A stretch of 64,000 nt of DNA from Squalus acanthias (lineage: Eukaryota): contig JASTWF010000323.1 in the NCBI GenBank assembly GCA_030390025.1, positions 1 to 64,000 on the forward strand, in the 5' to 3' direction. Below the pieces are notes generated by a model that saw only the letters and a list, made by a program, of their open reading frames with translations, did no database searches and had not been told where the DNA came from. A program made the translations under genes and the position numbers. Shown here in pieces: positions 1-13,520 of the stretch (position 1 is its first letter; each line of letters starts with the position of its first letter).

Positions 1-105
1 GTGCAGTTTTTGATCTTTATCATCTGGGTCCAGTGACAGGGTTTTCCAGCCCGTTAAAACAAACTTGCCTCGCCACTTCTCCCTGTCCCACGGTGGGATG
101 AGCAC
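1..105 (-). pseudogene. Cassette 3 exon C (C-terminal D8C half), frameshifted, cut by window edge
   Basis: Acceptor tttcag|GTGCTCATCCC. Reads AHPTVGQGEVARQVCFNGLE, then a 1-nt deletion relative to the paralogs (14 vs 15 nt before CCC TGT); the shifted frame continues PCHWTQMIKIKNC. Confidence 0.85.
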
Positions 106-197
106 CTGAAATGATGTTTGTAAATATATGTGAATGTAACCGAAGGGAAAAGTGCTGGACAGTGAATGTAAATCTGAGATTATAAGTCTGACATTAC

Positions 198-275
198 CGT
201 TTTACCAGCCTGAGAACTGTGTTAGAGCAGTGATCGCCTGGAACCTGAGTCCTGGGAATTTCCCATCCACCAGAA
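198..275 (-). pseudogene. Cassette 3 exon B (middle D8C exon), +1 frameshift and in-frame TAA
   Basis: ttccag|TTCTGGTGGATGG...AAAACG|gtaatg. 78 nt versus 77 nt in both paralogs. Reads SGGWEIPRTQVPGDHCS; the ancestral frame ends GGC TGG TAA. Confidence 0.85.
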
Positions 276-454
276 CTGGAACAACAATCACAGAGTCAGC
301 CCCTGAACTGATGGCTCTTTATTAACTGAGAGGAAGACTGGGAACTGATTGGTTGGTAAGCTCACACCGTGTTTTTACTCTTCAAGTTAGGGGCCGGGGT
401 TAAAATAGCTGGTTAGGGTTAAAGTTGGCTATGGAGATTAGTAACTATTAATAT

Positions 455-3168
455 GACAAATAGAAAAGGAGGTGGCGTATCGCTGTTAATAAGGGATGCG
501 AGCGGTAGGTAGAGATAAACGATCTTGGCTTGGCAGATCGTGATATAGAACTGGAATCAGTTTGGTTGAAGCTAAGAAAACTGCAAAGGGCGGCAAAACA
601 ATGATGGGAGTTGTGTATAGGCCACCAAACGAAATTGTAATGTAGGGCATGTATCAATCAAGAGATTAGAAGTGCATGTAACAAGGGCAATACGGTAATC
701 ATGGGGGACTTTAATCTACAATTGACTGGCAAATCAAATAACCACTGGTGGTGTGGATGACGAATTCTTGGAATGCATGCGAGATGGTTTCCTGATCAGT
801 ATGTGGAGGAACCAACCAGGGAACGGCTATTCTGTATCTGGTACTGTGTAATGAGAAAGGGCTAATCAATACTCTTGTGGTAAAGGGGCCTTTCGAGGCA
901 AGTGAACATAATATGATTGATTTTATATTAAGTTTGAGAGTGATGTAGTCCAATCTGAACCTAAGCTTCAAATCTAAACAGAGAAACTACAAAATGTATG
1001 AGGGACAAGTTGGCCATGGTAGATTGGGAGATTCCACTAAAAGGTATGAAGGTGGACATACATGGATAACATTCAAGGATATAAAGCATAATTTGCAACA
1101 AACATCTATTCATCTAGGGCATAAAATCCCAAAAGGAAATGTGATCCAACCATGGCTAACAAAATAACTTAAAGCTAGTATTAATTCAAAGTGGAAAGTT
1201 ATAAAGATGCCAGAAAAAGCGGTCAGCCTGAGGATTGAGATCGTTTTAGAATCAGCAAAGGGGAAACCAAGAATTGGTAAAGAAGGGGAAAATGGAATAT
1301 GAGCACAAACTAACGAAAATATAAATACGGATTGTGAAGCTTCTATAGGTATTTGAAAGGAAAAGACTGGCCACGTACATGTAGTCATTTACAGTGAGAG
1401 ATGGGAGAATTTATATTGGGGATGAGGAAATGGCAGAGAAATTAAATAAATACTTTGTTTCTGTCTTCACGGAGGAAGACACAAAAAAACCTCCCAGAAA
1501 TACGAGAAAACCTTGGGTGTGACGAGAATGAGGAAGTTAAAGAAATTAATATTAGGAAAAAACAGTACAGGCAAACTTAAAAGGTCTAAAAGTAGATAAA
1601 TCCCAAGGACCGGATGACCTATATCCTCGGGTTTTGAGAGAGGTGGTCATTGGAATAGAGCACGCATTGTTTGTCATCTTCCAAAATTCTATGGATTCTG
1701 GAACGATTCATGCAGATTGGAGGATAGCCAATGTAACCCTACTATTTAAGAAAGGAGGGAGAGAGAAAACGGGGAACGACAGACCTGTTAGCCTCACATC
1801 AGTATTTGGGAAAATGCTGGAATCAATTATAAAGGATCCAATAACTGGGCACTGAGAAAATAGCAGTAAGATTCAGCGGAGTCAGCATGGATTTATGAAA
1901 GGGAAATCCTGTTTGATAAAAGTATTGGAGTTCTTTGAGGATGTAACTAATGGAGTAGACAAAGGGGAACCGGTAGATGTGGTGTATCTGGAATTTCAGA
2001 AGGCCTTCGATAAGGTCCCACACAATAGGTTGGTGAACCAAAATTAGGGCACATGGAATTGGGGGTATATACTAACATGGATTGAGAGTTGGTTAACAGA
2101 CAGAAAACAAAGAGTAGGACTAAACGGTTCATTTTCAGAATGACAGACTGTAACTATTGGGGTACCGCAAGGATCGATGCTTGGAGCCCAGCTATTCACA
2201 ATCTAAAGCAATGATTTGAATGAGAGGCCTAAATGTAACGTTCTCCAAATTTGCTGATGATACAAAGCTAGGTGGTAGTGTCAGTTGCGAAGAGGATGTG
2301 AAGAGGCTTCACGGGGATCTCGACAGGCTCAGTGAGTGGGCGAGAACAAGGCAGATGGTATATAATGTGGATAAATGTGAAGTCAGCCACTTTGGTAGAA
2401 AAAAAACAGAAAGGCAGAGTATTTCCTAAATGTTGAAAGATTGGGGAATGCAGATGCTCAAAGGGTGCTGGGTGTCCTTGTACATGAGTCACTGAAAGTG
2501 AATGTGCAAGTGCAGCAACCCATTAGGATTGCAAATGGTATGCTGGCCTTCATTACAAGAGGATTTGTGTACAGGAGTAAAGAAGTCTTACTCCAATTAT
2601 AAAGGGCCTTGGTGAGACCCACACCTGGAGTACTGTGTACAATTTTGGTCGCCTTAACTAAGGAAGGATATACTTGCCATAGACTGACTGCAATGAAGGT
2701 TCACGACATTGATTCCTGGGATGGCGGGACTGTCGTATGAGACGAGATTGAGTAAACTAGGCCTATATTCTCTTGAATTCAGAAGAATGAGAGGGGATCT
2801 GATTGAAGCATACAACATTTTTCCCAGGGCTTGATAGGATGGATGCTGGGAGAATGTTGCCCTTAGCTGGGAAGTCTAGAACCATGGGCCACAGCCTCAG
2901 GATAAAGGGTAGTTCTTTCAGGACTGAGATGAGAAGAAATGTCTTCACACAGAGTGTGGTGAATATTTGGAATTCTCTATCCCAGAGGGCTGTGGAAGCT
3001 CAGTAATTGGGTATATTTCTGACTATTAAGGGCATCAAGGGATATGGCGATAGGGCCAATTAATGGAGTTGAGGCAGAAGATAGCCAGGATCTCATTGAA
3101 TGGCGGTACAGGCTCGAAGGGCCGAATGGCCTAATCCTGCTCGTATTTCTTCTACTCTTATGTTCTTA
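455..3168 (+). mobile_element. CR1 LINE, 5'-truncated (endonuclease-RT ORF2, decayed)
   Basis: ORF2 fragments ([47 protein letters not shown]) and a TTCTTATG-type 3' tail. Inserted into the 26-bp AT minisatellite and absent from the other two duplicates. Confidence 0.9.
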
Positions 3169-3300
3169 CTACTATACAAATTTAGTAACTGTTAATACTA
3201 CATTAAATTAGTAACTTTTAATACGATGTTAAACTAGTAACTGTTAACAACATACTATATCACTAACTTTAATTAAGTACTACTTAGTATAAAATTTATG
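3169..3300. repeat. Remnant 26-bp AT-rich minisatellite (ATTAGTAACTGTTAATACTACATTAA)
   Basis: Few copies, split from 437-452 by the CR1 insertion; same unit as 15062-15445 and 26510-27110. Confidence 0.75.
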
Positions 3301-5504
3301 TAAAGTTAGTTAAATAGTCCAATAAATAGAGGCATGGCAGGGCAGCTCAATCCCGTGGCATGCGCATCCTGTGCCATGTGCGAAATTCAGGACGCTTCCC
3401 ATGTCCCTGTACAAACGTGTTCAGGATGTGCCGTCAACTGTAAGAGCTCGCGCTCCGGGTTTCGGATCTTGAGCAGCCGCTGCCGTCACTGCGGTGCATC
3501 CGCCAGGGTGACAGCTACGTGGATAGCACATTTCAGCATCTGGTCACCCCGCAGCTAAGGAGTGCGCAGGCAGGACTGGGAATGAGTGACACACAGACAG
3601 AAGAGCAGGACTAATCAGGTAGTACAGGAGTCCCCTGTGTGCTTCTGTGTTCTGAGTACTGGAGAGGTCAATGGGTCCTCTGAGGACAACAGCCAGGGCC
3701 AATTCCGTGACACCACGGGTTTCTCAGCTGTACAGGGGTGGGCGGAGGAAGATAGGGAAAGCAATAGTGGTAGGGGCTTCGAGTTAGTGGGGCAGACAGG
3801 TGTTTCTGCGACCGCAGATTTGTGTCCAGGATGTTATGTTGTGTCGCTGGTTCCAGTGTTAAGGATGTCACTGAGCGGCTGCAGATCATTCTGGGGGGGG
3901 GGGGGGCTGGGTGAACAACCAGAGCTCGTGGTCCATATCGGTACCGACAACATAGGCAGAAAGAGGGATGAGGTCCTGCAGGCAGATTTTAGGGAGCGAG
4001 GAACGAGATTGAAAAGCAGGACCACAAAGGTAGTAATCTCTGGATTACTACCGGTGCCGCGCGCGAGTGAGTATAGAATTGGAGGATAGAGCAGATGAAT
4101 GCGTGGCTGGAGAGATGGTGCAGGAGGGAGGCTTTCAGATTCCTAGGGCATTGGGGCCTGTTCTGGGGGAGGTGGGACCTGTACAGGCCGGACGGGTTGC
4201 ACTTCCACAGAACCGGTACCAATCTCATCGCGGGGAGTTTTGCTATTGCTGTTGGGGAGGGTTTAAACTAAGTTGTCAGGGGGATGGGCACAAGGATGTA
4301 GCATTCAAAAGGGAGAAACAAAGGGGACAAATGGTTGCGAGTGATGCATAGTGCTAAAGTAAGAAACAGTAAGGTATTAGTTGCGTCAGACTAAGAGAGA
4401 TCACAGTATGGTCTACGACAGGTTTAAAGTGTATGTATTTGAACGCACAAAGCATATTAAACATTTTGTTGAGCTGCAGGCGCAAATAGCCATATGGGAA
4501 CATGATGTTGTGGCATTAATGGAGACCTGGCTCAAACAAGGGCAGGATTGGTTATTAAATACTTCTGGTTATAAGATGTTCAGTAAAGATATGGAAGGAA
4601 AGATAACAGGTGGTGAAGGAGAATGTTACAGTGCTGCAGAGAGAGACATGTCCTGGCAGGGGTCAAGGACGGAATCTATATAGCTTGAGATGGGAAATAA
4701 TAGTGTATTCTATAGGCCACCAACTATTGGTAAAAATATGGTGGAGCCAATTTTGCACAGAAATACAGTGAGATGCAAGAACTATAGATAAATTTTAATG
4801 GAAGAGTTCAACAATATAGTCTGGGATAGTCATATTCTAAAGGGCAGAGAGGGGGAAGGAATTTCTGAAGTGTGTTCAGGAGTACTTTCTTGATCAGTAT
4901 CTTTCTTGGCGCAACGAGGAAGGAGGCATTGCTGGATCTGGTTTTGGGGAATGAAGTAGGTCAAGTGGAGCAAAGTGCAATTAGGAGAACATTTAGGGAA
5001 CAGTGATCATAGTATCATAAAGTTTAGATTAGCTATGGAATAGGGCTGGGAACAATCTAGAGTAAACATAGTTATTTGGAGGAAGTCCAATTTCAGTGGG
5101 ATGCAAACGGATCTGACCCAGGTAAACTGGAATCAAACATTGTCATGCAAAACTGAAATTGAGCAATGGCTGCCTTTAAAGAGTAAATATTTCGGGTACA
5201 GTCGAGGTACATTTCCACTAGGGGGAAAGGTAGGGCAAATAACGTCAGATCTCCCTGGATGATGAAAGAGATAGAGCATAAGATGAAGCAGAAAAACAGC
5301 GCGTATGACAGGTGTGAGGTGGAGAATACATCTGTGAATCAGGCTAAATATAGAAAGTTCAGAGGAGAAGTGAAAAAGAAAATAAGAGGGGCAAAGAGAG
5401 GGTATTCGAATAGAATGGCAGCTAACATACGAGGTAATCCAAAAGTCTTCTATAGGTATATAACAGTAAACGGGTAGGAAGAGGAGGCTTGTGGCCAATT
5501 AGAG

Positions 5505-7520
5505 TCATAGGGGTAGAAATTAGGTCGCGCCCCATTTGGGGCGCAAATATCGTCTGGACGCAAATATTAGCGCCTGGTGCTAATTATCGGCACTGACTGG
5601 AAACTTCACTTTTTACCGCCCCGGGAGGTGAGTGGAGCGCTAAAGCAGGCGCTGCACACCTGTCTTAAGGCACAAAGGCCAAGGAGTGAGGCGCTAACTC
5701 AGAGCGCTGGCGAAGCTCATGTAATGTCAGTCAGCAATGGAACACACACACAATGGCACGGGCCAGTTCTTAAAGGGGATGGTTAATCTTGCTTTCCATC
5801 CACATCCTGTTCATTGCAGCCTTGAATCTCGGCCTGGAGAGACTTGCACATCAAATGTGCTGGAAAGAACAATGGAGAGTACCAGGCAAAGAGCTCAGAG
5901 TGCAGCTCCCACAGTCTCTGTTAAATCGATACAAGGAATGGCAAATCAAAATGAACCTGCAAAGTGCTGCTCAGTGCCCAAAACTCCTTCCCACAACGTT
6001 GAATCTCTCCAGAAGTCTCTCCCTCTCTCTCTCAGAATGCGCAGTTCAAAAATGCCACCAACAATAAAAGACAGGAAGAGGCCCCCTTTAAATAGCGCCC
6101 CCCCCCCCCAGCCCCACAGCGATTGATAGCGTTCCAGTCTTCTGGTCGTTGGATGCGCCAGGCGGTATGTCAGGGGGCGCCACTCAATTTCCGCTCCGGG
6201 GCGCCACAAGGGCGTTGCACCATGGAATGACGTCACAATCTGCGCGCGCAGGTGGTTGCAGCGGTAAGTTTTAGCGCCGCCGCACAATCTCAAGTTAAGT
6301 TCTCGAGCGGCGCAAACATCGCTGCGCCCGGGCGTTAGCGGCTTTGCGCCCCATTAGCGCCCTCTTAAGGCGCTAACGGGAGGCGCAACCAACTGAATTT
6401 TACCCTATAGAGTCATAGAGTGAAACAAAATAGAAAGAGGCCCTTCGGCCCATCGTGTCCGCGCCGGCCATCAAGCCCTGTCTATTCTAATCCCATTTTC
6501 CAGCACTTGGTCCGTAGCCTTGTGTGCTATGGCGTTTCAAATGCTCATCTAAATGCTTCTTGAATGTTGTGAGGTTTCCAGCCTCTACCACCCTTTCAGG
6601 CAGTGAGTTCCAGATTCCAACCACCCTTTGGGGGAACTTTTTTTCCCTCAAGTCCCCTCTAAACCTCCTGCTCCTTACCTTGAAACTATGACCCCTGGTT
6701 AATGACCCATCTACTAAGGGGAACATTTTCTTTCTATCTACTCTATAAAAGCCTCTCATAATTTTGTACTCCTCAATCAGGTCTCCCCTCAGCCTTCTCT
6801 GCTCTAAGGAAAACAACCCCAGCCTGTCCAGTTTCTCTTCATAGTTGAAACGCTCCAACCCAGGTAACATCCTGGTGAATCTCCTTTGCACCCTCTCCAA
6901 TGCAATCACATCCTTCCTATAGTATGGCGACCAGAATTGCATACAGTATTCCAGCTTTGGCCTAATTAGCGTTTTGTACATCTCCATCACAACCACCCTG
7001 CTCGTATATTATATGTCTCGGCTAAAGAAGGCAGGTATCCCATATGCCTTCTTAACCACATCATCATCTCTCCTGCTGCCTTCAGGGATCTATGTACATG
7101 CACACCAAGGTCCCTCTGATTCTCTGTCCATCCTAGGGTTCTACCATTCATTGAATATTCCCTTGACTTGTTAGTGCTCCCAAAATGCATCACCTCACAC
7201 TTTTCAGGGTTAAATTCCATTTGCCACTGTTCTGCCCATCTGACCAACCCGTCTATATTATCCTGTAGCCTAAGGCTCCCCTCCTCGCTCTGTACCACTC
7301 CAAAATGTTTCCTCTCTTCTGCGAACATACGGATCACACCTCCTACATTCATATCAAAATCATTAATGTACACTACAAACAGCAAGGGATCCAGCACCGA
7401 TCCCTGCGGTACACTACTGGACACAGGCTTCCAGTCTCAAAAACAACCTTCGACCATCACCCTCTGCCTCCTGCCACTAAGCCAATTTTGGATCCAATAT
7501 GCCAAATTGCCCTGGATCCC
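5505..7520 (-). mobile_element. 5'-truncated CR1 inserted antisense into the host CR1
   Basis: RT C-terminal ORFs 6487-7424 (-). Target-site duplication ATTAGAG at 5498-5504 and 7521-7527. (CTATGACT)n tail. Confidence 0.9.
5510..6406. mobile_element. Non-autonomous DNA transposon (PIF/Harbinger-like MITE), ~0.9 kb
   Basis: Imperfect terminal inverted repeats GGGGTAGAAATT ... AATTTTACCCT, GC/CpG-rich subterminal GCGC motifs, and a probable 3-bp duplication ATA (5507-5509 and 6407-6409). Superfamily is inferred. Confidence 0.7.
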
Positions 7521-9522
7521 ATTAGAGCCCAAAAAGGAGACCTTCGCATGGAGGTAGAGGGCATGGTTCCGGTGAGAAATGTGCAGTTTGCAACTGTCTT
7601 CACCAAGGAACAAAATGCTGCCACAGACATAGTGAAGGAGGAGCTGGAGGACATACAGGATGGGATAAAAATAGATAATGAGAAGGTACTAGAAAGGCTG
7701 GCGGTACTTAATGTAGGTAAGTCACCAGGACCAGATGGGATGCATCCTCGGACGCTGAGGGCAGTGGAGGAAGAAATCACAGAGGTTCAGGCCAAAATCT
7801 TCCAATACTCATTAGAAACGGGGGTGGTTCCAGAGGACTGGAGAATTGCAAAAGTTACACCCTTGTCCAAAAAGTGAGTAAAGATAAATTCAGCAACTGC
7901 AGGCCAATCTGTATTGGGGAAGCATTTAGAAATAATAATCAGGGTCAAACTTAACAGTCACTTGAACAAGTGTGGATTAATTAAGGAAGGCCAGCACGGA
8001 TTGTTTAAAGGCAAATCGTGTTCAACTAACCTGATCATTTTTTTGATGAGGTAACAGAGAGTGTTGCTGAGGGCAATGCGGTTGACGTGGTGTAAATGGA
8101 TTCCAAAATGCTATCAACAATGTGACACGTCATAGTCTTGCCAGCAAAGTTGAACCCCATGGAATAAAAAGGACAATGGCAGCATGGATACAACATTGGC
8201 TAAGTGACAGGAATCAGAGAGTAGTGGTGAAAGTTTGTCTGTCGGACTGCAGGAAGGTATACAGTGGTGTTCCCCAGGGGTCGGTTCTAGTACCACTGTT
8301 TTCCTATGTATATATTATCGAATTGGATGTGGGTGTACAGGGCACAATTTCAAAATTTGCACATGATACAAAACTTGGAACTAGAGTGAAGAGTTAGGAG
8401 GATAGTAACAGTCTTCAAGAGGACTTAGACAGGCTGGTGGAATGGGCAGACACGTTGCAGATTAAATTTAATGCAGAAAACTGTGAAGTGATACAGTTTG
8501 GTAGAAAAAAGTGTAGAGGAAATATAAACTAAAGGGTAAAATCCTAAAGGGAGACCGAGGGATACATGTGCTCAAATCGTTTAAGTTGGCAGGACAGATT
8601 GAAAAAGCTTACGGAATACTTTGTTTCATAAATAGAGGTATAGAATACAAAGCATGGACATTATTTTGAACTTAAATAAAACACTGGTTCGGCCTCAAAT
8701 GAAGTATTGTGTCCAATTCAGGGCACTGTACATTAGGAAGGATGTGAAGGTCTTAGAGAGGGTGCAGAAAAGATTTACGAAAATGTTTCCAGGGATGAGG
8801 GACTTCAGTTACGTGGATAGACTGGAGAAGCTGGGGTTGTTCTCCTTAGAGCAGAGAAGATTGAGATAAGATTTGAAAGAGGCTTTCAAAATCATGAGGG
8901 GTCTGGACAGAGTAGATAGAGAGAAACGGTTCCCATTGGCAGAAAGGGTAGAGATCCAGATGACACAGATTTAAGGTGATTGGCAACAGAACCAAAGGCG
9001 ACATAGGAAAAAAAATAATCAGCGAGTGGTTAGGATCTGGAATGCAATGCCTGAAACTTTGGTGGAGGCAGAGTCAATCACGGCTTTCAGAAGGGAGTTG
9101 GATGAGCACCTGAAAGAAAAAAAAATCAGGCCTACGGGAAAAGGGCGGGGGGATGCAACTAACTGAAGTGCTCTTGCAGAGAGCTGGCACGGGCTCGGCA
9201 AGCCGAATGACATTCTTCCGTACTGTAACCATTCTATGATTCTATGAAAGATCCACAGAGAGTAACGGTAACTAAGGCCCATCCTTTACTCTCTGTCCCC
9301 GTTCTATATTCCCCTCTTTCCCGGGTATCTCCCTGCAATCCCTCTTTCTCTCTGTCGAGCCCGGTTGTTCCCCTTTCCCTGTATCCACTCCCTGTTCCAT
9401 TGCTCTGACTGATGATCTTGGTCTCTCTGCAGTTCCCATTCCTACTCTCAACATGTTTTCGCTTTTGTACATTTACTCCTCGCTTATCGACTAGCTTATC
9501 GGTAATTTCCCCCTCACGATAC

Positions 9523-9667
9523 CTTTTAAATCTGTACCATCCGTAGGCAACATCCCAATCACACTTCACTTCGTGATAGCACTGAGTCCCACTACAGTCC
9601 GTGCTCCTCCAGGGCTGCTCCAGGACTGCGTGATGTTCACACGGGTCAGTGAGTGCGGAGTCTTCGA
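9523..9667 (-). CDS. Cassette 3 exon A (N-terminal D8C half); open, but its partner exons are broken
   Basis: cactcag|TC...AAAAG|gtatcg, 145 nt, phase 1-2. EDSALTDPCEHHAVLEQPWRSTDCSGTQCYHEVKCDWDVAYGWYRFK. Confidence 0.85.
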
Positions 9668-9719
9668 CTGAGTGAAAGAAAGATGTTTAATGTTAATATA
9701 AAATAATAAGAAAGATACG

Positions 9720-11630
9720 GGACCGACCACCCGGCATCGACCTCGGCACCGGCTACGGACATGGCGCTCCCAGCCAAATCAACCCTGCAAAGTCCTCCTC
9801 ACCAACATCTGGGATTGTGCCAAAATTGGGAGAGCTGTCCCACAGACTAGTCAAACAACAGCCTGACTTAGTCATACTCACAGAATCATACCTTTCAGTC
9901 AATGTCCCAAGCTCCTCCATCACCATCCTTAGTTATGTCATGTCCCACCGGAAGGGCAGACCCACCAGGGGTGGCGGCACCGTGGTATACTGTCGGAAAG
10001 GAGTGGGCCTAGGAGTCCTCAACATTGACCGCGTACCCCATGATGTCTCATGGCTTCAGGTCAAGTATGGGCAAGGCAACCTTCTGCTGATTACTACCTA
10101 CCGCCCTGATGAATCAGTATTCCGCCATGTTGAACACCACTTGAAGAAGCACTGAGTATAGCAAGGGCGCAGAATGTACTCTGGGTGGGAGACTTCAATG
10201 TCCATCACCAAGAATGGCTCAGTAGCACCACTATTGAACGAGCTGACCACGTCCTGAAGGACATAACTGCCAGTCTGGGCCTACGACAGGTGGTGAGAGA
10301 ACCAACACAAGGGAAAAACCTACTTGAACACGTCCTCACCAATCTACCTGTCACAGATGCAACTTTCCATGGCAGTATTTGTAGCATTGAAAACCGCAGT
10401 CATTGTGGAGACGAAGTACCGTCTTCACACTGAGGACACCCTCCATCGTGTTGTGTGGCACTACCACCATGCTAAATGGGATAGATTCTGAAATGATCTA
10501 GCAGCTCAAAACTGGGCATCCATGAGGCGTTGTGGGTCATCAGCAGTAGCAGAATTGAATTCCAACCCAATCTGTAACCTCATGGACCGGCATATCCCTC
10601 ACTCTACCATTACCATCAAGCCAGGGGACCAACCCTGGTTCAATAAGGAGTGTAGAAGAGCATGCCAGGAGCAGGAACAGGCACACCTAAAAATGAGGTG
10701 CCAAACTGGGGAAGCTGCAACACAGGACTCTATGCATGCTAAAAGGATCAAGCAACATGCTACAGACAGGGGTAAGCGATCCCACAATCAACGGATCAGA
10801 TCAAAGCTCTGCAGTCCTGCCTCATCCTGTCGTGAATAGTGATTGACCATTAAACAACTAACGGGAGGAGGAGGCTTCTTGAATATCCTCATCCTTAATG
10901 ATGGTGGAGCCCAGCACGTGAGTGCAAAAGAAAAGACTGAAGCGTTTTCAACCATGTTCAGCCAGAATTGCCGTGTTGCTGATCCATATCGGCCTCCTCC
11001 TGATGTCCCCACCATTATAGACCCAGTTTTCAACCAATTCGATTCACTCCACGTGATATCAAGAAACGGCTCAGCGCGTTGGATAAAGCAAAGGGTATGG
11101 GACCTGACAACATCTCGGCAATCGTGCTGAAGACATGTGCTCCAGAACAAGCCGCGCCTCTAGCCAAGCTGCTCCATACAGCTACAACACTGGCATCTAT
11201 CCGACAATGTGCAAAACTGTCTAGGTATGTCCTGTCCACAAAAAGCAGAACAAATCTTTAACCAGCCAATTACCGCCCCATCAGTCTGCTCTCAATCATC
11301 AGCAAAGTGATGGAAGTTGTCATCAACAGGGCTATCAAGCGGCACTTACTCACCAACAACCTGCTCACTGATGCCCAGTTTGGGTTCCGCCAAGACCTCT
11401 CTGCTCCCGACAACATCACAGCCTTTGTCCAAACATGAACAAAGAAGCTGAATTCCAGAGGTGATGGAAGAGTGACTGCCCTGGACATCAAGGCAGCATT
11501 GATCGAGTGTGGCTAGAAGGATCCCTAGTAAAACTGATGTCAATGGAAATCGGGGGGAAAACTGTCCACTGGCTGGAGTCATACCCAGCACAAAGGAAGA
11601 TGGTTGTGATGAAAGAAGGTCAATCATCTT
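9720..11630 (+). mobile_element. Non-LTR retrotransposon of a second (CR1-clade/Jockey-group) family; endonuclease plus partial RT, 3'-truncated
   Basis: EEP motifs (QPDLVILTESYL, RGGGTVVY, GDFNVHH) and RT start (KAKGMGPDNISAIVLKTCAPE, NYRPISLLSIISKVME). Sequence is unlike the dominant CR1. Confidence 0.8.
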
Positions 11631-11782
11631 GTTAACGATCCTTCAGCCAGTGGAAACAGTTTCTCTTTATTTTCTCCATCTAATCCATTCATGATTTTGA
11701 ACACCTCTATCAAAACTCTTCTTAGCCTTCTCTGCTCTCAGGAGAACAATCCCAGCTTTTCCAGTCTATTTTAAAATAGTAA

Positions 11783-12000
11783 AAATTAAAGACTTTTACT
11801 GAAATGATCTGAGATAAACAAATAAGTAAACCTCTCTCATGGGCCCATGGAAACCAGCTGGGCTTTGCTGCTGTAACATAACTTGTCTTCAGCTGCCCAG
11901 CATGAAGGGTGTAGGGAGATTGGAACTTGTAAAGGTGATTGGTCTGAGCATGATATGTTCAATATTGGGGAATGGTCTGTGTATATTGGAACTTTAATGT
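11783..12000. repeat. Duplicate of the gene's upstream region (paralog of 44905-45115 and 23345-23555)
   Basis: Shared unique sequence aaattaaagacttttactgaaatgatctgag...ccagctgggctttgctgctgtaacataacttgtcttcagct. Confidence 0.85.
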
Positions 12001-12002
12001 GC

Positions 12003-13520
12003 ATAAGGACATAAGAAATAGGAGCAGGAGTTGGCCATTCGGCCCCTCGATGCTGCTCCGCAATAAGATCATGGCTGATCATCTACTTCAACGCCACCTT
12101 CCCGCCCTATTCCCATATACCTTGTTTCCATGGTGCCCAAATATCTATCAATCTCAGGCTTAAATATACTCATCGACTGAGGATCCACAACCCTCTGGTG
12201 TAGAGAATGCCAAAGATTCACAGCCCTCCGAGTGAAGACAATTCTCCTCATCTCAGTCCTAAATGGCCGAACCGTTATCCTGAGCCTATGACCCCAATTG
12301 AAGACTCTCCAGCCAGGAAAACAGCCTCTCAGCATCTATCCTGTCAAGACCTTTAAGAATTTCATACGTTTCAATGGGATCACCTCTCATTCTTCTAAAC
12401 ATTGGAGAATATGGCCCCTTTCGACGTGATTTCTCCTCATAGGACAACACTTTCTTCATCGGAATCAATCCAGAGAACAATCGTTGCACCCGCTCTGAGG
12501 CAATTGTATCCTTCCTTAGATAAGGAGACCAAAACTGTGCACAGTACAGGTGTGGTCTCACCAGAGCCATAATTGCTGCAATAATTCCTTACTCTTATAC
12601 TCCATCCCCCTTGCAATAAAGGGTAACATACCATTTCCCCATCTAATTGCTTGTTGTACATTCAAGTTAACTTTCGGTGATTCGTGTACAAGGACCTCCT
12701 AAATCCCTCTGAATACCAACATTTATTATGTTCTCATCTTTAAAAAATGTGTTTTTTTTACCATTCTTCCTATCCAAGTGGATAATTTCACATTTCCCCA
12801 CATTATGCTCCATCTGCCACGTACTTGCTCAATTACTTAACCGGTCTATATCCCTTTGCAGCCCCCTGCGACCTCCTCACAGCTTAGAATAAGTTGAGAG
12901 GGGAAGTGAAGGTAAAAATAAGATTGGCAAAGAGTGATTATGAGAGTAAAATGGCGGTGAACATAATAGGGAACCCAAAAATGTTCTACCAGCATGTAAA
13001 CAGTAAGCGAGTGGTAAGAGGCGGGGTGGGGCCTATTAGAGACAAAGAAGGTAATATATACTTAGAGGCGCAGGGCAAGGCGAGAATAGTCAATGAGTAC
13101 TTTGTATCGGTGTTTACTAAGGAGGTGCATGCTGACAAAATATCGGTAGAAGTGGAAACGGTAGAAAGAATTGAAGGGGCGAAAATTGACAGACATGAGT
13201 TACTAGAGAGGCTTGCCATGCTTGGAGTGCACAAGTCGCCTGGGCCAAATGGCTTGCAACTCACGTTGCTAAGAGAATTGGCGGAGGAGTTAGCGGAGGA
13301 AATGTTTCCTCAAGTTCGTATTCCAATCACATTATATTTGTGTATTGTGGTTAACGACCCTTCAGCCAGTGGAAACAGATTCTCCTTATTCTCTCTATTA
13401 AAACCAGTCACGATTTTGAACACCTCAACCAAATCTCCCATAAACCTCTCTGGTCTATGCAGACAAATCCCAACTTCTCCAGTCTCTCCACATAACTGAA
13501 GTCCCTCATCCATGGCACCA
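12003..13520. mobile_element. Cluster of CR1 fragments (12003-12883 minus; ~12890-13300 plus; ~13300-13520 minus)
   Basis: RT C-terminal peptides on both strands (LYCAQFWSPYLRKD; NEYFVSVFTKE). Same arrangement at 23558-25060. Confidence 0.8.

Larger units (their letters stand above)
3334..9246 (+). mobile_element. Near full-length CR1 LINE (ORF1 Zn-finger/SGNH esterase + ORF2), decayed, with nested insertions
   Basis: ORF1 start MAGQLNPVACASCAMCE; esterase block VVHIGTDNIGRKRDEVLQ...VVISGLLPVP; RT blocks KSPGPDGMHPR and [16 protein letters not shown] tail near 9230-9246. About 3.9 kb once the 2-kb insert is removed. Confidence 0.92.

Noticed and set aside
5577..6293. Transposase ORFs inside the TIR element
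   Set aside because: Short ORFs with no recognisable DDE or Myb-like motifs; treated as non-autonomous.
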